The translations under genes were made by a program, and so were the position numbers. A stretch of 58,465 nucleotides of DNA. Origin: Girardia tigrina. Lineage: Eukaryota. Position 1 is the stretch's first letter; the number at the start of each line of letters is the position of its first letter. The notes under the pieces were generated by a model. That model saw only the letters and a program-made list of their open reading frames with translations. It was not told the origin of the DNA and ran no database searches. Positions 51,643 through 58,465 of this stretch are shown in pieces. The stretch is taken from positions 1 to 58,465 of the forward strand of contig MQRK01247064.1 in assembly GCA_001938485.1 (NCBI GenBank), written 5' to 3'.

Positions 51643-52960
51643 CAGGACCGTAGCTAACCAGGGGCACTGGGGGCCGTGCCCCCTCTGAAAAATTTACCAT
51701 GTAATAAAAAATAAGTACAAAGTTTTCAGAATTTCCATCCATAAATTTTAGAAATGAACAAAATTGAATGAAAGAAGTGTAAACGAAGCTGGAGTGTGCA
51801 TGTTACATGTGTAATTACAGAGTAAGGAAATCAGGCAACTAATACGTATACAGGAAATTAGTCAACTAGTTAATGGAAATCAGACAACTAAACGCCTCTT
51901 TTTTTCTCTAGAATTGGCGAACAGTTCAACAACAATTTTTCTCACAACAACAGAGAAATTGTCGACATTGTTCTTTTCTCGCGTACCATCGCATTTTAAT
52001 GGGAACATATTGCAGTCGCTTGATTTCACCATGTGTACAATTTTGTTTCTGACAATAGAAGCCATGTCTTCGATGATCATATTTTGTATTTCTGGTGATG
52101 TATATTTTGCATTATCTGGGATTGACTTCACGATTTCCTTCAATTTCTCATCCTTCTTGATGGTATATGTCATATACTATATGACAAGAGGCTGAGAAAC
52201 TTTCCAGTGGAAAATATTGATTCACAATTTTCGGTGGAACCCCGGAATGAAAGTTCATTTACTACAAGGAATTAGCAGACATCAACTATGCACTGCAAAT
52301 AGTAGTGATTCTTCTCACTTTGAAGAGGAGAGAGAAGCTGCTGTATTTCTGTTCCTTTTGCTGCCCGGATGGTATGTTCTTTCCATTTCTCCATAGCTAC
52401 CATGTGGGATTGTGACAAGTTGTGTCGTAATAGACCTTTTCCCTTTTCCAACCCTATTTTCCAGTTTGAAAAACTATTAACGGAGAGTACACTGTCAGAT
52501 GGGAGGTCGTGGCAGTGTGTGTACTTCCGGCATGGATAGCAGAAGCACTTGTCCTGTTTGATGGAGTACTCTAGCCAAGGGAACTTTGAATACCACAGGG
52601 CTCCACCAAATGATCGATTCTTGTCTCCGAATTTGGTGAAGGGATAAGTCTTCAGTTTTGGCGGGCAGGGCTGGATGTATCATCTGGATGTATCAACTGA
52701 GTTACTTTTTAATTAAGCACTGGTATTAGTGCCTCTTGAACAGTCAAAACAGGTGGAGGTGCAAAAGTGGTAGCCGCTTTATACATAATTTGGCAAGCCC
52801 CATCTGCTGAAGAAGCGAGGATCCCAGGAGATGAAGAAATTGAGGAAGTGGTGGCTGATGGCTTCCTTGCTGATACCGGCATTGTACTGGAATGAATGAC
52901 AAACTTATCCATGTGACAATTGTGGCCTAAAATGGACATTAAGTAAAATAAATTTTATGT
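51643..52960 (-). mobile_element. hAT Tip100-like element, deleted transposase
   Basis: End CAGGACCGTAGCTAACC..GGGGCACTGGGGGCCGTGCCCCC. Minus strand reads WYSKFPWLEYSIKQDKCFCYPCR and NAKYTSPEIQNMII..KCDGTRE. The other end was not located. Confidence 0.88.
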
Positions 52961-54700
52961 GAATTGGCATCAGGTAGGCCTAATATAAATCAACTATCAG
53001 CAAACAGTATGAAAATTTATTTGAATCAAACACTCTTTGTTTTGTTGCAATGAAATTTCCGAAAAAGAGGACCTTCCGACAAAAGTGAAGGACTAGAGTC
53101 GTGTAAATTTTTTTTATTAAGAAATGATATTTCTTTTTTATGATTTTTCTTTTTTATTTCAACCCACTATCAAGTGTTTCATAATAAGAAAAAGAAATAA
53201 ATGTATTAAAATGAACTATTTCTATTATTTAACACAGAATCATTCTATTTAACGAGTTTCGGAAAATTCATCGAAAAATAAAATCATGGAATAACAAATT
53301 CACTAATAATCAAATTTATTGAATGACAACTACTGTATTTCCAAATTCATGTGAAAGTTTTAAAATGTAATTTTAAATACTCTGTTATCCATTTAATATC
53401 CAATAACAAATTTCGATTATAAGATTTATTACTATAACAAAATATCAACAATCTAGTCTATTTAATGGGGAAAATAGTGATGCTATAATGACTCATATNN
53501 NNNNNNNNNNNNNNNNNNNNNNNNNNNNNNNNNNNNNNNNNNNNNNNNGTAATAGTTCGCTTGTATTTAGCGTGGTCGCCATGTTATCCATTTAATATCC
53601 AATAACAAATTTCGATTATAAGATTTATTACTATAACAAAATATCAACAATCTAGTCTATTTAATGGAGAAAATAGTGATGCTATAATGACTCATATTTT
53701 CAAAGCCTTTTCATTGGTTTACAATCACAAAGACATACATACTATCAACAAACATTCAGCATACATTCAACATCAGACAAATAACCAATATTATTGTATC
53801 ATCACAATTGACTTTACACAATCAATTTAATCAGAAATCACTCAATAATTATTATGCAATTAATCTTAGTTACTTCTGTTAGTAACAACAATATTGATTA
53901 TATAATTAAACATAATTACATAATTACATAATTAAACAATATTCCTACTCACATACTCATTTAAATATAAATTTTTTCGAAAAGCACTGCTAAATAGAAA
54001 AATAAAATCTATTTTGATAAATATTCGTTTAATTATTCAAAACCTTTGACTTATAAATTTCTAAATGAGGAGATACTTTTTACTGTTAGATAAGACGACC
54101 TCCCATTTTTAGGGATAAAGTGTCAAGTTATACATTGAAATATAGATATTATAATATTTCTAATAACATATTTAAATAGAACAACAATAATTAAAATACG
54201 AAATAAGTTTAACAATTTATTTTAAAATATCATTTATATCCGAGATTGTGAAAATACTATCTTGAAGATAATGCAACACGACATTACGAATTCTCTTAGT
54301 TTTCTATGAATATGATTCCCATGATTGTATCTAATCTCCTATTTATCAAATCATTCCTCAATTAATAGTCGAGTGATCTAGCTTTCAGAAAATATTGACT
54401 GATTAACAATTGATATTTGGAATAAGGTGATGTTCCAAGAAACCTTTGCTGTGGTTATTACCTAACATTGCTTTTCTCTATTTTTTGTGTGATACTTTGT
54501 TCGACCTATTTTTCCTTCCATTTATTGTAATAATTTATATAGTTATATTATTCAATACAAACGTTTTCTTAAAAGCTAGAAGGGAACTTACTGATTGTGA
54601 CATCCCTGTAGTGACCTAAACAGTAATATATGTATAAAAATTTGATTACTGGATCGAGGAAAATAATCCAACAATAATTAATTTTATAACTAAACTCTAG

Positions 54701-54930
54701 AATTTTTGATCAATCACAATTCCAATTAATCGAATCCCATCCTCACTTGTCGTCATCATCCGTCTTCAATAACAACAACAACAATTCCCCAAAACCAAAC
54801 AATCGAGATCGATCAACAATTCCAATTATAATACGAATTATTCGATCGCCGCTTCTTCTGCCAATCTCGTCGACGATTATATCGTCAATAACTACTCGAA
54901 TTGTCTGGATTTTATATCGATTTTCTTTCT
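54701..54930 (+). CDS. candidate orphan internal exon, Asn/Ser-rich, product unknown
   Basis: CpG-rich island bounded by a CTCTAG acceptor and a GTTAGT donor. One frame is open throughout (IFDQSQFQLIESHPHLSSSSVFNNNNNNSPKPNNRDRST..). No family recognised. Confidence 0.3.
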
Positions 54931-55543
54931 GTTAGTTTTGTTATATTATTTTTAGTTTTAAATAGTTTAGTTAAATTAAATTTTTTTTATATTTTTATTT
55001 ATTTATATAATTTGTTTAAAGAGCTCACTTCTACAGATATTGGAAACCAAATATTATTTTTTGAGAGAAAAAATAATTATTTTTCATTAAAATATTTTTT
55101 CATTATCAGAAAAAACAATATCTACTAAAATTAATAATATTATTGTCAAATAGTTAATATCATAATATTTTTTTATTTTTTATCTTATAATTATTAAACA
55201 ATCGAAATAAATAATCTTCTTTATTGTTTGTAATGTTTGCATTTTGACTTTTCATAAAAAAAACAGTTTTTATTAAATTTGAAGAAATATAAATTCAAAT
55301 GTCGAGTATCAAAATTGTAGCAAATGTTATTTAATACCGTAAAAACAGTGTTAAATAAAGATCTAAAATTATGTGATTTTTTGCAGAGTTGGAAAATAAC
55401 ATAATATGTAAAATGTTGGTGATTTAAATTATTAATTTAATTATAGATTAATTCGGAGATACTAAGATTCTTTGTTGGTTGCACAAATTGCAATGAATTA
55501 TAAATTGCTGCTCCATCGCTCTACTTCAAACCAACAATTAACC

Positions 55544-55722
55544 CAGTGGTTTCAAACCTTTTTGTACCAACGCCCCCCTTTAAAAAAATTGGTGCGCATC
55601 CCTTTAAAAAACAAATTGTTGATTCATTTTTTGTGACACCTATTCGATTTTTTTGGTTTGTATTCGAAAATGATATTTTGGAAACAGCTGCATGCCCTCC
55701 TTGCACTGGTTGGAAACCACTG
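55544..55722. mobile_element. 179-bp hAT MITE
   Basis: TIRs CAGTGGTTTCAAACC / GGTTGGAAACCACTG with an 8-bp TSD AATTAACC/AAATAACC. Confidence 0.9.
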
Positions 55723-55809
55723 AAATAACCTATATTATCGATTACAAAAGTGGATCGTTCACTGATCTACTGTAACAATGCTCTCTTACTTACTCTTTCG
55801 CATAAAATA

Positions 55810-57002
55810 TTAAGTTGTTGCAAAAGCAAAGCAGGTTATTGAAGCTAAACTTTAAACAAATGTAACACAGCACAGAATTAACTTTCTTAATCGAAATAAA
55901 AACCATCTGAATTAATACATTTTTGCCAACGAGAAACACGTTTATTGATACCCTCAGTGTAGAACTCTTGAGTTATGGATGCGATGAAAGTGCTATAGGC
56001 GTCTTTGCCGTTTTTTTTGGAAGTTGTCTTTTGGTTTTTTTGGTCCAGATGCTAGAAAATATAGTAGTCGGTAGGCAAGAGGTCCGGCGAGTAGCGGGAT
56101 GAGGTAGAGTTTTTTAGCCCAATTCATGTAGATTTTGTATGGTCCGTTTTTCAGTGTGTGGCAGAACGTTGTCGTGGAGGAGAATATGCCTCTACATATT
56201 GAATAATATTGGACAGTATGTCTCTGGGATGATTGTTTCACCCGTATTCAGAAAGCTTTGATGTATGAGACCGACTGCAGACCACCAAACAGTCACTATA
56301 ATCTTCTCTAGGTGGTGTTACTGTTTCGGAAAGTGGTGAGGAGCCTCATCGCGGTCCAACTAATGTCGTAAAGAATCCACTTTTTATCAAACGTTACAAT
56401 CCGATCGAGAAGGGAACCATTCTTGTTGCGCAGAATAATCGCGGAAGACACCTTAAAACGACGACTTTTTGTGACTTTCGTTCAATTTGTGTGGCACCCT
56501 TTTATCGAGCGTTTTCGAATTTCCAATTTGCTTTAAGTGCCGAGCAACATTTGAGGGATCAACGTTAAGCTCTTCTGCGAGTGCTCGTATAGTTGTGCGG
56601 GTCAATCGTTGTCAATCGTTGATGGGCGGCTGCCACGAGGCTCATTTTCGAAGCTGGTATTGCCAGAGCGAGACTTTTGATACCAGCACTGCACCGTGCA
56701 TTCGTTGGCACTTTCCTTGCCCCAAACTTCGTTGATGTTTCGAGTGGTTTAAGCCGCATTATGCCCTAACTTGAACTCATAGAAGTAATTATTAAATGTT
56801 GTGAAAATCACATTTTGACATCTGCAATTAAAATCAAAATTATTAAAAAAAGAAACATTATAAAAAGTTGTAGACAAATATATCTAAAAGAATATAAATT
56901 ATGCTTTCAAATTACTCATAATATCATACATGCTTTAGTCGCATAACATTGAAGTAAATACAAAAAAAATTAAAAACCTGCATTCCTTTTGCAACAACCT
57001 AA
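55810..57002 (-). mobile_element. full-span mariner (cecropia/Hsmar1-like), decayed transposase
   Basis: TIRs TTAAGTTGTTGCAAAAGCAAAGCAGGTT / AACCTGCATTCCTTTTGCAACAACCTAA with TA flanks. Protein reads FYEFKLGHNAA*TTRNINEVWG, VPHKL, LLHDNV.PH and LPHP..LPTDY. Confidence 0.93.
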
Positions 57003-58465
57003 TACCAAGTCAGACTTCAAAATAAAGAATTCTTTAAACTATTTCATAAACAAACTAGTTTTTATTGAGATTTAAATTATTTATTGTTTTTTAGTTAAAG
57101 AATAATTGAATTTAAAATACTTTATTCAATATCACAGATTTATTTGATTCAAAATCATTTGATAATAATTCGGAACAATTCAAATCTTAAAGAACGTTAT
57201 AAAATAAAAAATAATTATATGGAAATCTTTACGTGATTATTTTACTTTTTTCAAAATAGCTTTTCCGGCTAAGATATTAATTAATTGATATAAAAAAATG
57301 GTCTGGATATTTTTTGAAAAAAGATTCTCTTTTCCGAGGACTGAATGAGTGGTGAACCTATGTTCTGTTATAATTTTTTTTTGTTTCTTTCACTATATTT
57401 TTAACTTTGGTATAAAGCTTTGAATTTAAAAAACTTGAATAAATGATAATAATAATAATAATAAAACCAGCGTCAAATTGTATTGCAATTGTCTTTTCTT
57501 AAAAAATATAAAATATGGATCGTAACCACTTCCACTTAATTTACAAATATTTATTAATTATTAATTATAAAAATACATAAACAATAACAACGTGATTTAT
57601 AAACATTCTCAAAAATAATGTTTTTCTTATTATTAGAACAACCGAATAAATAAATAATTAAATTTTTATAAATAAAAAATTAGGTAATAAATTACTTTAT
57701 TAATATTTTATTATTATTAAAATTAATCCAGTAAATATTGCGAAATTTGCGTTTATATAATCCTTTAAACACATAAAAATTCGGAATATTAAATTAGATT
57801 GTATAAATTCTCACAATGAGACTTCTATTTACTTTCCAATCCCCATTTATACAAACATGTAAGAGTCCACTGTCTAAAAAGGGAAGTGTTCAATTAGATT
57901 AATAACATTAGGAACATATGCTAATTCTGTTTAAATTTTTAACGGAGAATTTTATATTAAAAAAAAGAATTATAAAATTTAAATCATTTAACATTGTCAT
58001 TTTTGAAAATCCTGAATATTGAGTATTTAAGGAATGCTATTTATTTATATTTATATTATACTTTAGAAACTGAATCTTGATTTATGGTTTTTAGATATAT
58101 CTTAATAACAGAAAATGTCAACATTATTTTTAATGTGTTTTCATCAAGCAAAAATTATTTAGGTTCGGAAATTTTTGTTACGATTTCTAAGATTAGAAAA
58201 ATATTAATAAAACTGTTATTTAAAGGAAATCAACGTAAAAAATCTCCACATAATTTATTGGTAGGAAAATCATTTTTAAAAATAACAACTAAATAAATTT
58301 AAATAAAACAAGAATTATTTAAATATGCATAGTGATATATTTCTTTAAAAATTATAAATAACAGAATTTTAAAAAAAATACTAAGCACTTTTCATAATGC
58401 ACTCAAAAGGACAAAATAACTTTTCTGGGTCAGAAAAGACAATTTTAGTGTACCCTCAGTTTTCA

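Noticed and set aside
53382-53698. 117-bp direct duplication on both sides of an N gap (53382-53498 and 53582-53698, one mismatch)
   Set aside because: Its position flanking a scaffold gap suggests an unmerged allelic overlap rather than a real tandem repeat or LTR.

Overview
Very AT-rich eukaryotic, most likely invertebrate, draft scaffold with N gaps and (TA)n tracts. I found no intact host gene, rRNA, tRNA or CRISPR array. The window is mostly transposon remains: several mariner/Tc1 copies, hAT elements (Buster/Charlie, Tip100 and Blackjack types), piggyBac, FLYWCH-MULE, Chapaev3, Penelope, Gypsy fragments, zinc-finger-bearing LINE 3' ends and a tRNA-headed retroelement. There is also a truncated 14-3-3 pseudogene. 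The most interesting unexplained structure is a unit present in four diverged copies (about 5.4-7.0 kb, 30.9-31.5 kb, 33.6-33.85 kb and, inverted, 48.1-48.8 kb). It has two divergently oriented exon-like coding arms around a conserved AT-rich spacer, and one arm reconstructs to a WW-domain-like LPSGWER motif. Also notable are paired hammerhead-ribozyme-like motifs with a variant core in the inverted Penelope ends, a 58-bp TTAA-capped palindrome, and several isolated CpG-rich islands that may be exons or enhancers. All alignments and translations were done by eye, family names come from motif recognition rather than database searches, and boundaries without clear terminal repeats are approximate.
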